A stretch of DNA of 64,000 bases. Origin: Eledone cirrhosa. Lineage: Eukaryota. Below, piece after piece: positions 16,545 through 30,100 of this stretch (its first letter is position 1; every line of letters starts with the position of its first letter). The DNA lies in NCBI GenBank assembly GCA_964016885.1, contig OZ024762.1:12586001-12650000 (forward strand), read 5' to 3'. The position numbers were made by a program, and so were the translations under genes. The notes under the pieces are model-generated. The model had not been told where the DNA came from and searched no databases. It saw only the letters and a program-made list of their open reading frames with translations.

Positions 16545-17060
16545 ATTCGATAATAACAGCTAAACTAAATATGAACACATGATATAAACAGAACATATAA
16601 ATAAATTTACAGTAGAATAACATAACAAATATGTTTTAAATATATACATAACTAACATTACAAATGCTTAGACAACATTATAAATTGCTTGCGATTCTTT
16701 GAGAAAGATATTCTTTTGATGTTACAATATTAAAGAATGTAAAGGAAGGGGTGAACAACGGAGCCAACACCAGAGCAAAAGACAGCACACGTCGCAGGAG
16801 TACTGGGCAACCTCTTTAATGAGTTTTGAGGCAAGCCAGCACACTGCCAGTGTTACATCGGGTGATGGCGAGGCTGAGGTGCTGGAACAACCAAGCTCCC
16901 TCGCGAGATTCGCCAGTTACCTCTATTTGGCGAGCCGCCAGTGAGGAAAGAATCCTCACAGTTCGCAGCCCAACTCCCCCAAACGTTTCGAAACTAGATT
17001 GACCAAATCTGGCCCCCCTTAATTCAGAAATACTTCTACTTGCCCTGATTATATCACACG
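16545..17060 (-). mobile_element. CRE-like non-LTR element 3' fragment (restriction-like endonuclease end); UTR copy at 40985-41270
   Basis: Minus-strand translation SFETFGGVG...TGESREGAWLFQHLSLAITRCNTGSVLA. Confidence 0.6.
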
Positions 17061-17439
17061 TAAACAGTAGGGTTTAGTTATTAAAAAATAACACATCAAC
17101 ATGTCAGTTTTAAAGTAGTTAGAAGTGATTTAAAAGTATATAAAAGTGATTGAAACGGATCGCAAGTGCGTGTGTGTAATTTGATGACAATAGCATGTAT
17201 CGTCTCGTAACTAATGAGGAAGTTGTAGCGATATGCGGCATATCTAGGGCATTCTTTAGGCCCAAATACAGCAGATTTCTTCCAGGGAAGAATAGAAGAA
17301 GTGAGAGAAGGGGATAAAGAAGAATCTATCCCCAGTACTTGACTGGTACTTTTTTTTATCAACTTCAAAAGCTAGAGGTGGAAGTGAGAAAGAGAAATGT
17401 ATGAAAGACATGGAAAGATAGATTCTATTAGATATTTAC

Positions 17440-17703
17440 CAGTAATGACACTAAGGCTATTATAGTTGCTACAATAGCCAGTATTATGGCAATATATGAA
17501 ACATATTTGTCTACTTTACTCCAGATCCGGTCCTTTGGCTGTGTATTCGTTGTCTCGTCGACTCGATCCTCGGCGTTGTCCTCTGGCTTTGGACATTCTT
17601 CGCTATTGTTAAACTGACAATCCCTATTAGTTTCAGGTACACCGCTATTCTCCGATTTGTAGATAGGCTGATAGGCGCTATTTGGAACAGTATGGTCCGG
17701 CAT
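17440..17703 (-). CDS. TNF-superfamily-like type II membrane ligand, coding exon 1 (cytoplasmic tail + transmembrane helix)
   Basis: ATG at 17703 with an in-frame TAG upstream. The 88 codons end in the hydrophobic helix YVSYIAIILAIVATIIALVSLL, followed by a phase-0 GTAAAT donor. Confidence 0.8.
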
Positions 17704-18194
17704 ATTAGAAATATGAGACTAATAAGGTGTTTCGGTGGAATGCTTGTGGTTGATTTGATAGAGAAAACAAAACAACGTGTTGAATGAATGGTGAACAGGA
17801 TTGAAATGAAACAACCTCCCAGTCTACCTCATTCTCGCTCTCTCACTACCTCCCACTCTATCTCTTTCACTCCCCCTCTCTCTACGTCTTCTCTACCGCT
17901 TTCACTCCCCCTCTTTCTACGTCTCCTCCCCCTATCTCTCTCAGCTCTTCCTCTTTCTCTCACTACCTCCCACTCCACCTCTTTCACCCTCTCTCTTTCT
18001 CTACGTCTCCCACTCTCTCTCTTTCTCTGCTACATCTCTCTCTGTTGGGAAAATCCCTTTAATTATTCAGCACATCGGATAATGTTAGCTTTGCCCTTAC
18101 GAGGTCGATAAAATAAAGTACCAGTAAAGCACTGAAGGAATTGCTGGCCTTGTGCCAAAAGTAAAAACAATTGCTATTATTATTATTCTTCCTT

Positions 18195-18695
18195 TAGCCG
18201 GGAAGGGCAGGCAGTTTTTATCTGTCTGGTGGCCATAGCGAAAGAGATAGTATGGTGGACACGTTTGAAAGGGCTGAAGACGAGCACTTACTTCTTCGGT
18301 GATGCCCTGATTAACTTTTTCAAATTTCATTTGAAAAGGAAAATCAGGGTAGAGAGGGAAGTGCTCTCTTCCCAGCATTTTGTTGAAAGATGGGTGAGAG
18401 AGGCAAGTATGGCCCGAGTGAATGGGCCTACTCTGAGTATGTGTCTGTAAATTAAAGGTGGAAAACTGGGAGAGGGCACTTGCCCTGGTGGTCAGGGTCA
18501 CTGTGGTCTTTTAATGGGCTTTCTCCACAAATGTCCCTCGGAAGTCTCCCCCCTATTGGGGAATCTTTCTTTGTTATTTTATTACATCCTCTGTTTTTTT
18601 TTACACGCAGAAATGCCCATTTGTACCGTCCTGTATTTTCCTGTACTGTTCTTAATGTCTACTTTATGTAAACCCTTGTGGTTAATAAAGAAAAC
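18195..18695 (+). mobile_element. Tx1-like LINE 3' fragment, second subfamily (related piece at ~1760-2030, -)
   Basis: AIAKEIVWWTRLKGL...ARVNGPTL is homologous to the copies above. The tail runs into (TTA)n. Confidence 0.78.
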
Positions 18696-18720
18696 ATTAT
18701 TATTATTATTATTATTATTA

Positions 18721-19617
18721 TCTATATATATAAAACTGAGGATGTCTGTGTGTGTGTGAGTTTGAATCCCTAAAACTTGAGAACCACCCAACCGACTGTT
18801 TTCAAACTTTACACATGTAATACTTATGTTTCAGGGAGTGTTCTGAACAAAGAAAATTTCAAATTTTCAATGCCCTAGGGACCACATTAGGCGATTTAGC
18901 GATCTCTCTCTATAATTCTTAGTCTTTCTCTTTTTAGATAGATACATACATATAACGTCGCACCCTTATAATATCTGTCTGTATGTCTGACTGTCTGCAT
19001 TACGTCACTTCCCTGAGGATGTCTGTGTGTGTGTGTCTGTGAGTTTGAATTCCTAAAACTCGAGAAGTACCCAACCGACTTTTTTCAAACTTTACATGTG
19101 TATTACTTATGTTTCAGGGAGTGTTATGCAAATTCAACTTTTTGATCTCCTAACGTTTTTTCAGGTTCTTAGAGTTTTTTTTTGAGTCGTTATGTCAGAC
19201 CGATTCCCTTGAAATTGTAACTATGTATTAATCAGTCTCTTCTTCATACCGTGAGCAAAATCCAACTTTTTTATGGCCTAGGTGAACTTTTTTATGACAT
19301 TAGGTGAAAAGCTTCATTTTTTCAGCTTTTTAGGGCTTTTTTGAGGCGTTACGTCTAGCCGATTTTCCCGAAATTTCAAGGCATATTATGCACATAAAAA
19401 AAATTAATTTTCTTGATCCCCTAGGGCCTGCATTAAGTGAAAACCTGCATTTTTCCTGCTTCATCGAGAAAAATCTTAAAGTTTATCCAGCTATCAGAGT
19501 ATTCGGTTTATTTTCTTTACATATTGTCCACGAAATGCAGTTTTTCCACGATTAGGTCTGTTGGCGGCCCGCGTTCCAAAATACCTTATCCCGTGCAAGG
19601 CTGAGTACCACTGCTAG
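18721..19617 (+). mobile_element. Non-autonomous Helitron-like element
   Basis: 5' end A|TCTATATATATAAAA, 3' end with a GC-rich subterminal segment and CTAG|T. Internal ~120-bp duplication. Confidence 0.6.
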
Positions 19618-19619
19618 TA

Positions 19620-20030
19620 TAATAATTGTTTCTACTTTAGGCACAAGGCCAGCAATTACCCAGTGCATTACTGGTACTTTATTTTATCGACCCCGTAAGG
19701 ATGAAAGGCAAAGTCAACCTCGGCGGGATTTGAACTCAGATCGTAAAGGGACGTAACTATGCTGGAAAGCATGGCGTCCGACCCTCTACCGATACTGCCA
19801 ATCCACCGCCCTCGAGTATAATAATAATACAGAGAGAGGCGGTAGATTGGCAGTATCAGTAGAGTGTCGGATGCCATGCTTTGACGCATTGAGTTATGGC
19901 CCTTGCCATTCTGAGTTCAAATCCCGCCGAGGTTAACTTTGCCTTTCATCCTTACGGGGTCGATAAAATAAAGTACCAGTAATGTACTGGGTAATTTCTG
20001 GCCTTGTGCCAATAGTAGAAACAATTATTA
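19620..20030. mobile_element. Head-to-head pair of family-A SINEs
   Basis: Minus copy 19620-19811, a short spacer, then plus copy 19836-20030. Confidence 0.85.
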
Positions 20031-20034
20031 TTAT

Positions 20035-20329
20035 TATACACAAGTATGTATGTATTTCTATTTAATCTTATATATTTGTTATATGATAATAAACGTTAAG
20101 TATTTAATAAAATAATAATAGTAATAATAATAAAGGTTTCTTTATTGGCCACAAGGGCTAATATGAAGAAAAACATTACAGACAGTAATGTTTTTCTTCA
20201 TATTAGCCCTTGTGGCCAATAAAGAAACCTTTATTATTATTACTATTATTATTTTATTAAATACTTAACGTCTATTATCATATAACAAATATATAAGATT
20301 AAATAGAAATACATACATACTTGTGTATA
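20035..20329. repeat. Near-perfect palindrome with 145-bp arms and a 5-nt loop
   Basis: Arms 20035-20179 and 20185-20329, about 1 mismatch. Confidence 0.92.
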
Positions 20330-20336
20330 TATATAA

Positions 20337-20396
<60 letters not shown>

Positions 20397-20397
<1 letters not shown>

Positions 20398-23300
20398 TAG
20401 CTTTTTCATGTCGTTAATATTATGATGTTCCCTGCTGTATTAGCGTTAAATTTTCCCTGCTGTATTAGCGATAAATTTTCGAGGGTTTCTCTTAGTAGCT
20501 TTTTTCATGACGTTATTATTGTTAATTTTACTGATGTAGTATTAACTTATTAACTTGGATATTTACCATGCGGTATTCTAATCCTATTGTATCTCTCTCA
20601 GTTATTTACCATGCGACCCTCAGTTCCTACCCCCCCCCCCCTCTATGCACTTCTTTAAGGCTTACTACCCTGTCTTTAACCTAATTCATTCAATCTGAAA
20701 ATATTGAAGAGATAAGACACTTTGCCATTCTTCTCTGCTAAAATGTACCAGTAGAGCTGATTCAAATTTTCCCAGCCAGCCATCCACCTAATCTACGAAG
20801 GTATTTTAGCCTACATATTGTCGTTAATATTATGATGTTCCCTGCTGTATTAGCGTTAAATTTTCCCTGCTGTATTAGCGATAAATTTTCGAGGGTTTCT
20901 CTTAGTAGCTTTTTCATGTCGTTAATATTATGATGTTCCCTGCTGTATTAGCGTTAAATTTTCCCTGCTGTATTAGCGATAAATTTTCGAGGGTTTCTCT
21001 TAGTAGCTTTTTTCATGACGTTATTATTGTTAATTTTACTGATGTAGTATTAACTTATTAACTTGGATATTTACCATGCGGTATTCTAATCCTATTGTAT
21101 CTCTCTCAGTTATTTACCATGCGACCCTCAGTTCCTACCCCCCCCCCCCCTCTATGCACTTCTTTAAGGCTTACTACCCTGTCTTTAACCTAATTCATTC
21201 AATCTGAAAATATTGAAGAGATAAGACACTTTGCCATTCTTCTCTGCTAAAATGTACCAGTAGAGCTGATTCAAATTTTCCCAGCCAGCCATCCACCTAA
21301 TCTACGAAGGTATTTTAGCCTACATATTGTCGTTAATATTATGATGTTCCCTGTTGTATTAGCGTTAAATTTTCCCTGCTGTATTAGCGATAAATTTTCG
21401 AGGGTTTCTCTTAGTAGCTTTTTCATGTCGTTAATATTATGATGTTCCCTGCTGTATTAGCGTTAAATTTTCCCTGCTGTATTAGCGATAAATTTTCGAG
21501 GGTTTCTCTTAGTAGCTTTTTTCATGACGTTATTATTGTTAATTTTACTGATGTAGTATTAACTTATTAACTTGGATATTTACCATGCGGTATTCTAATC
21601 CTATTGTATCTCTCTCAGTTATTTACCATGCGACCCTCAGTTCCTACCCCCCCCCCCCCTCTATGCACTTCTTTAAGGCTTACTACCCTGTCTTTAACCT
21701 AATTCATTCAATCTGAAAATATTGAAGAGATAAGACACTTTGCCATTCTTCTCTGCTAAAATGTACCAGTAGAGCTGATTCAAATTTTCCCAGCCAGCCA
21801 TCCACCTAATCTACGAAGGTATTTTAGCCTACATATTGTCGTTAATATTATGATGTTCCCTGCTGTATTAGCGTTAAATTTTCCCTGCTGTATTAGCGAT
21901 AAATTTTCGAGGGTTTCTCTTAGTAGCTTTTTCATGTCGTTAATATTATGATGTTCCCTGCTGTATTAGCGTTAAATTTTCCCTGCTGTATTAGCGATAA
22001 ATTTTCGAGGGTTTCTCTTAGTAGCTTTTTTCATGACGTTATTATTGTTAATTTTACTGATGTAGTATTAACTTATTAACTTGGATATTTACCATGCGGT
22101 ATTCTAATCCTATTGTATCTCTCTCAGTTATTTACCATGCGACCCTCAGTTCCTACCCCCCCCCCTCTATGCACTTCTTTAAGGCTTACTACCCTGTCTT
22201 TAACCTAATTCATTCAATCTGAAAATATTGAAGAGATAAGACACTTTGCCATTCTTCTCTGCTAAAATGTACCAGTAGAGCTGATTCAAATTTTCCCAGC
22301 CAGCCATCCACCTAATCTACGAAGGTATTTTAGCCTACATATTGTCGTTAATATTATGATGTTCCCTGTTGTATTAGCGTTAAATTTTCCCTGCTGTATT
22401 AGCGATAAATTTTCGAGGGTTTCTCTTAGTAGCTTTTTCATGTCGTTAATATTATGATGTTCCCTGCTGTATTAGCGTTAAATTTTCCCTGCTGTATTAG
22501 CGATAAATTTTCGAGGGTTTCTCTTAGTAGCTTTTTTCATGACGTTATTATTGTTAATTTTACTGATGTAGTATTAACTTATTAACTTGGATATTTACCA
22601 TGCGGTATTCTAATCCTATTGTATCTCTCTCAGTTATTTACCATGCGACCCTCAGTTCCTACCCCCCCCCCTCTATGCACTTCTTTAAGGCTTACTACCC
22701 TGTCTTTAACCTAATTCATTCAATCTGAAAATATTGAAGAGATAAGACACTTTGCCATTCTTCTCTGCTAAAATGTACCAGTAGAGCTGATTCAAATTTT
22801 CCCAGCCAGCCATCCACCTAATCTACGAAGGTATTTTAGCCTACATATTGTCGTTAATATTATGATGTTCCCTGCTGTATTAGCGTTAAATTTTCCCTGC
22901 TGTATTAGCGATAAATTTTCGAGGGTTTCTCTTAGTAGCTTTTTCATGTCGTTAATATTATGATGTTCCCTGCTGTATTAGCGTTAAATTTTCCCTGCTG
23001 TATTAGCGATAAATTTTCGAGGGTTTCTCTTAGTAGCTTTTTTCATGACGTTATTATTGTTAATTTTACTGATGTAGTATTAACTTATTAACTTGGATAT
23101 TTACCATGCGGTATTCTAATCCTATTGTATCTCTCTCAGTTATTTACCATGCGACCCTCAGTTCCTACCCCCCCCCTCTATGCACTTCTTTAAGGCTTAC
23201 TACCCTGTCTTTAACCTAATTCATTCAATCTGAAAATATTGAAGAGATAAGACACTTTGCCATTCTTCTCTGCTAAAATGTACCAGTAGAGCTGATTCAA

Positions 23301-26300
23301 ATTTTCCCAGCCAGCCATCCACCTAATCTACGAAGGTATTTTAGCCTACATATTGTCGTTAATATTATGATGTTCCCTGCTGTATTAGCGTTAAATTTTC
23401 CCTGCTGTATTAGCGATAAATTTTCGAGGGTTTCTCTTAGTAGCTTTTTCATGTCGTTAATATTATGATGTTCCCTGCTGTATTAGCGTTAAATTTTCCC
23501 TGCTGTATTAGCGATAAATTTTCGAGGGTTTCTCTTAGTAGCTTTTTTCATGACGTTATTATTGTTAATTTTACTGATGTAGTATTAACTTATTAACTTG
23601 GATATTTACCATGCGGTATTCTAATCCTATTGTATCTCTCTCAGTTATTTACCATGCGACCCTCAGTTCCTACCCCCCCCCCCCCCCTCTATGCACTTCT
23701 TTAAGGCTTACTACCCTGTCTTTAACCTAATTCATTCAATCTGAAAATATTGAAGAGATAAGACACTTTGCCATTCTTCTCTGCTAAAATGTACCAGTAG
23801 AGCTGATTCAAATTTTCCCAGCCAGCCATCCACCTAATCTACGAAGGTATTTTAGCCTACATATTGTCGTTAATATTATGATGTTCCCTGTTGTATTAGC
23901 GTTAAATTTTCCCTGCTGTATTAGCGATAAATTTTCGAGGGTTTCTCTTAGTAGCTTTTTCATGTCGTTAATATTATGATGTTCCCTGCTGTATTAGCGT
24001 TAAATTTTCCCTGCTGTATTAGCGATAAATTTTCGAGGGTTTCTCTTAGTAGCTTTTTTCATGACGTTATTATTGTTAATTTTACTGATGTAGTATTAAC
24101 TTATTAACTTGGATATTTACCATGCGGTATTCTAATCCTATTGTATCTCTCTCAGTTATTTACCATGCGACCCTCAGTTCCTACCCCCCCCCCCCCTCTA
24201 TGCACTTCTTTAAGGCTTACTACCCTGTCTTTAACCTAATTCATTCAATCTGAAAATATTGAAGAGATAAGACACTTTGCCATTCTTCTCTGCTAAAATG
24301 TACCAGTAGAGCTGATTCAAATTTTCCCAGCCAGCCATCCACCTAATCTACGAAGGTATTTTAGCCTACATATTGTCGTTAATATTATGATGTTCCCTGC
24401 TGTATTAGCGTTAAATTTTCCCTGCTGTATTAGCGATAAATTTTCGAGGGTTTCTCTTAGTAGCTTTTTCATGTCGTTAATATTATGATGTTCCCTGCTG
24501 TATTAGCGTTAAATTTTCCCTGCTGTATTAGCGATAAATTTTCGAGGGTTTCTCTTAGTAGCTTTTTTCATGTCGTTAATATTATGATGTTCCCTGCTGT
24601 ATTAGCGTTAAATTTTCCCTGCTGTATTAGCGATAAATTTTCGAGGGTTTCTCTTAGTAGCTTTTTTCATGACGTTATTATTGTTAATTTTACTGATGTA
24701 GTATTAACTTATTAACTTGGATATTTACCATGCGGTATTCTAATCCTATTGTATCTCTCTCAGTTATTTACCATGCGACCCTCAGTTCCTACCCCCCCCC
24801 CCTCTATGCACTTCTTTAAGGCTTACTACCCTGTCTTTAACCTAATTCATTCAATCTGAAAATATTGAAGAGATAAGACACTTTGCCATTCTTCTCTGCT
24901 AAAATGTACCAGTAGAGCTGATTCAAATTTTCCCAGCCAGCCATCCACCTAATCTACGAAGGTATTTTAGCCTACATATTGTCGTTAATATTATGATGTT
25001 CCCTGCTGTATTAGCGTTAAATTTTCCCTGCTGTATTAGCGATAAATTTTCGAGGGTTTCTCTTAGTAGCTTTTTCATGTCGTTAATATTATGATGTTCC
25101 CTGCTGTATTAGCGTTAAATTTTCCCTGCTGTATTAGCGATAAATTTTCGAGGGTTTCTCTTAGTAGCTTTTTTCATGACGTTATTATTGTTAATTTTAC
25201 TGATGTAGTATTAACTTATTAACTTGGATATTTACCATGCGGTATTCTAATCCTATTGTATCTCTCTCAGTTATTTACCATGCGACCCTCAGTTCCTACC
25301 CCCCCCCCCTCTATGCACTTCTTTAAGGCTTACTACCCTGTCTTTAACCTAATTCATTCAATCTGAAAATATTGAAGAGATAAGACACTTTGCCATTCTT
25401 CTCTGCTAAAATGTACCAGTAGAGCTGATTCAAATTTTCCCAGCCAGCCATCCACCTAATCTACGAAGGTATTTTAGCCTACATATTGTCGTTAATATTA
25501 TGATGTTCCCTGCTGTATTAGCGTTAAATTTTCCCTGCTGTATTAGCGATAAATTTTCGAGGGTTTCTCTTAGTAGCTTTTTCATGTCGTTAATATTATG
25601 ATGTTCCCTGCTGTATTAGCGTTAAATTTTCCCTGCTGTATTAGCGATAAATTTTCGAGGGTTTCTCTTAGTAGCTTTTTTCATGACGTTATTATTGTTA
25701 ATTTTACTGATGTAGTATTAACTTATTAACTTGGATATTTACCATGCGGTATTCTAATCCTATTGTATCTCTCTCAGTTATTTACCATGCGACCCTCAGT
25801 TCCTACCCCCCCCCCCCCCCTCTATGCACTTCTTTAAGGCTTACTACCCTGTCTTTAACCTAATTCATTCAATCTGAAAATATTGAAGAGATAAGACACT
25901 TTGCCATTCTTCTCTGCTAAAATGTACCAGTAGAGCTGATTCAAATTTTCCCAGCCAGCCATCCACCTAATCTACGAAGGTATTTTAGCCTACATATTGT
26001 CGTTAATATTATGATGTTCCCTGCTGTATTAGCGTTAAATTTTCCCTGCTGTATTAGCGATAAATTTTCGAGGGTTTCTCTTAGTAGCTTTTTCATGTCG
26101 TTAATATTATGATGTTCCCTGCTGTATTAGCGTTAAATTTTCCCTGCTGTATTAGCGATAAATTTTCGAGGGTTTCTCTTAGTAGCTTTTTTCATGACGT
26201 TATTATTGTTAATTTTACTGATGTAGTATTAACTTATTAACTTGGATATTTACCATGCGGTATTCTAATCCTATTGTATCTCTCTCAGTTATTTACCATG

Positions 26301-26948
26301 CGACCCTCAGTTCCTACCCCCCCCCCCCTCTATGCACTTCTTTAAGGCTTACTACCCTGTCTTTAACCTAATTCATTCAATCTGAAAATATTGAAGAGAT
26401 AAGACACTTTGCCATTCTTCTCTGCTAAAATGTACCAGTAGAGCTGATTCAAATTTTCCCAGCCAGCCATCCACCTAATCTACGAAGGTATTTTAGCCTA
26501 CATATTGTCGTTAATATTATGATGTTCCCTGCTGTATTAGCGTTAAATTTTCCCTGCTGTATTAGCGATAAATTTTCGAGGGTTTCTCTTAGTAGCTTTT
26601 TCATGTCGTTAATATTATGATGTTCCCTGCTGTATTAGCGTTAAATTTTCCCTGCTGTATTAGCGATAAATTTTCGAGGGTTTCTCTTAGTAGCTTTTTT
26701 CATGTCGTTAATATTATGATGTTCCCTGCTGTATTAGCGTTAAATTTTCCCTGCTGTATTAGCGATAAATTTTCGAGGGTTTCTCTTAGTAGCTTTTTTC
26801 ATGTCGTTAATATTATGATGTTCCCTGCTGTATTAGCGATAAATTTTCGAGGGTTTCTCTTAGTAGCTTTTTTCATGACGTTATTATTGTTAATTTTACT
26901 GATGTAGTATTAACTTGGATATTTACCATGCGACCCTCAGTTCCTACC
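20397..26948 (+). repeat. Higher-order tandem array: about 12.5 units of ~505-511 bp, each with 2 (sometimes 3-4) x 98/99-bp subunits plus a ~310-bp segment carrying a poly-C tract
   Basis: 12 poly-C tracts are spaced ~509 bp apart (one spacing ~609 bp). Each subunit contains a 25-bp internal repeat TTCCCTGCTGTATTAGCG(T/A)TAAATT. Confidence 0.97.
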
Positions 26949-27191
26949 TCACAATTTCCCTCCCCCCCACCCCCACACACCACCATAGTCTATTCGACCA
27001 ATCAAACCTAGCATGCCATTTCCACTGCTGCTGCTGCTACTACCTGCCTAACTAACTCTCTCCTCCTCTGGCGCATCCCAACACACCCTGCCATTACCCC
27101 ACCACCACTGTCCTTCTAGCCCTCAATTTTCCCACCGTTATGGATGGATGAGCTGGGAATACACGAGCAACTCTGAATCAATAGATGAAAT

Positions 27192-30100
27192 ATGAATCTG
27201 CGAGCTACCAAGCACCCACGTGAAGCGCCAACCCAGAGACCCTCCCCTACGAGTGTCGACAAATGCCCAAAACTCCGAGTTGGTACCATCAATGTAGGCT
27301 CAATGAAAGGAAGAGCAGGAGAAATCGTAGAAATGCTAGAGCGAAAGGAAGTTGATGTATGCTGTGTGCAAGAGACTAGATGGAGAGGAGGGTCTGCTAG
27401 AGTCCTTGTAGGAAAAAGCCAGTGCTACAAATTTTTCTGGGTGGGAAATGACGATGGGATGGGTGGTGTAGGTATACTATTAGCTGACAAGTGGGTAGAT
27501 AAAGTAATCTCAGTGTACAGGGTAAATGCAAGAATCATTAAACTCAGACTAGTCCTGAATAAGACAATTACCACAATAATATCAGCTTACGCACCCCAAT
27601 CGGGGCTGCCAGACGAACTTAAGGATAGGTTTTACGAGTCCCTAATACACACTACTGCTCTAACAGACGACAAGGACTTCCTAATCATTGCAGGAGATTT
27701 TAACGGACACGTAGGTAAACACTGCGACGGCTTCAATAGAGTACATGGAGGCCATGGAGTTGGCACAAGGAATGAGGAAGGATTCAGACTTCTAGAATTC
27801 TGCGACGCCAATGACATGTCGATATGTAACACAAACTTTAAAAAACCCGACAACCACCTGATCACCTATAGATCAGGGGAGCACTCTAGTCAGTTAGATT
27901 TTATTCTCATCAGAGGACGTGACAGATGGACGGTCGTAAACACAAAAGCCTTCCCTAGTGAGGAATGTACATCCCAACATAGCTTAGTTGTCAGCGACCT
28001 CACGGTCAGAACTAGACGAGCCCTGAAACAGAGGCCAACCTGGAGAAGAAAGATCTGGAAGCTGAAAGTCCCCTCAACCAGTAACAGATTTAAAGATATT
28101 TTACTCAACGCCTACGACAGTAAAGAAGAACAGATAGAGACATTTAACGTAGAAGAGAACTGGGAGTTCCTAAAAAATAACTTACTAGAGGCGACGGATG
28201 AGGTTTGTGGCTGGAGTAAGACCTCAAGCAGGAGGAGAGTGACTTGGTGGTGGAACAATAAGGTAGATGAAGCAGTCAAGGCCAAGAGACAGGCATGGAA
28301 AGAATGGAAGAACGGGGGGAGCAGGGTACATTACATAGAGACCAAGAGGGAAGCTAGGCGACAAGTATACTTAGCTAGGAGGGAAGCAGAGGATAGAAAA
28401 TTCAAGCATGTTTTACAACGTGAGGACCAGAAACAGGAGGTATTCAAGATTGCGAGGCAGTGTGTCAGAGATAGTTGTGATGTCATTGGAGAGAAGTGTA
28501 TCCGGAATGATAAAGGTGAGCTTGCCCTCACAAGTGCTGAGAAGAAAGATGCATGGAAGAGTCATTATGATAGATTACTAAATGAGGAGAATGCATGGGA
28601 AGAAGAGACCCTACCCCACGTAGACCCTATAGAGGGACCAGCAGTACAAGTCAGCGGCAGCGTAGTAAGTAAGGCAATCAGAGATATGAAGATAGGGAAG
28701 GCAACCGGTCCATCGGGTATAGCTGCCGAGATGCTGAAGGCATCTGGGTCTGTAGGTCACACTATAACCACACGTATCGTTAACCAGGTAATACTAGAGG
28801 GGGCCATACCAAAAGATTGGTGCAGTAGCATCATTGTCAACTGCTACAAAGGTAAAGGCGATGCACTAGATAGAGGAAACTATAGAGGTATAAAGTTGAT
28901 GGACCAGGTCATGAAAGTAACAGAAAGAGTTATAGCACAGCTGATTAGGGACCGGGTGAATATAGACGAGATGCAATTTGGGTTTGTTCCAGGGAAAGGC
29001 ACCACTGATGCGCTCTTCCTTGTGAGGCAATTACAGGAAAAGTACCTAGCTAAAAGTAAGCCACTCTACCTGGCATTTGTCGACCTTGAGAAAGCCTTTG
29101 ACAGAGTTCCACGTGCAGTAATCTGGTGGGCTCTTAGAAAACTAGGAGTAGATGAATGGCTTGTGAAAGCGGTACAAGCCATGTATAGGGGAGCAGTCAG
29201 CAAAGTTAGGATTGGCAATGAGTATAGCGAGGAATTTAGCGTACAGGTTGGGGTCCACCAGGGCTCTGTTCTTAGCCCTCTCCTGTTCATCATAGTCCTG
29301 CAGGCAATAACGGAGGAGTTTAAGACCGGATGCCCATGGGAACTCCTGTATGCTGATGACCTCGCACTCATAGCTGAATCTATGGTAGAACTAGAGAATA
29401 AATTCCAAACCTGGAAGCAGGGACTAGAGAGAAAGGGCCTCAAAGTCAACATGACAAAGACTAAGGTCCTTATAAGTAGACGAGAAAACAGAACCCAGAT
29501 CCCCTCAGGGAAATGGCCTTGCTCAGTATGTAGGAAAGGTGTAGGTAGGAACTCCATTCTTTGCCCCAAATGCAAACAATGGGTACACAAGAGATGTAGC
29601 GGGATCTCAGGAAGCTTAATTAAGAATGTAGGATTCACATGCAGCAGCTGTGCTGAAACAGCAAGCAAACAGCCACAGGAAACAAGTACCACCAATCTCT
29701 GGGAGGGCCCTGTAGAAACAGTAGACAGCTTCTGCTACCTAGGTGACCGAATTAGCAACGGAGGTGGGTGCTCAGAAAGTACAATAACTAGGGTAAGAAC
29801 GGGATGGAAGAAGTTTAGGGAACTACTACCACTGCTAGCTGCAAAAGGCTTCTCCCTCAGAATGAAAGGCAGACTGTATGATGCGTGTATCCGAACAGCG
29901 ATGTTGCATGGTAGTGAGACCTGGGCGCTGAAGGTGGAAGACTTACGTAGATTAGAGAGAAACGAAGCCTGCATGCTCCGATGGATGTGTAACAGTAATA
30001 TACGTGAACGACAAAGCATAAATGAATTGAGAGAGAGACTGAGCATAAGAGGAATCAAATGCTGCGTGCAGGAGAGGCGGTTACGCTGGTATGGACATGT

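Noticed and set aside
20397-26948. Tandem array as a CRISPR array, rDNA/snRNA cluster or coding repeat
   Set aside because: There are no unique spacers and no recognisable 5S, tRNA or snRNA motif. The short ORFs simply follow the 99-bp subunit.
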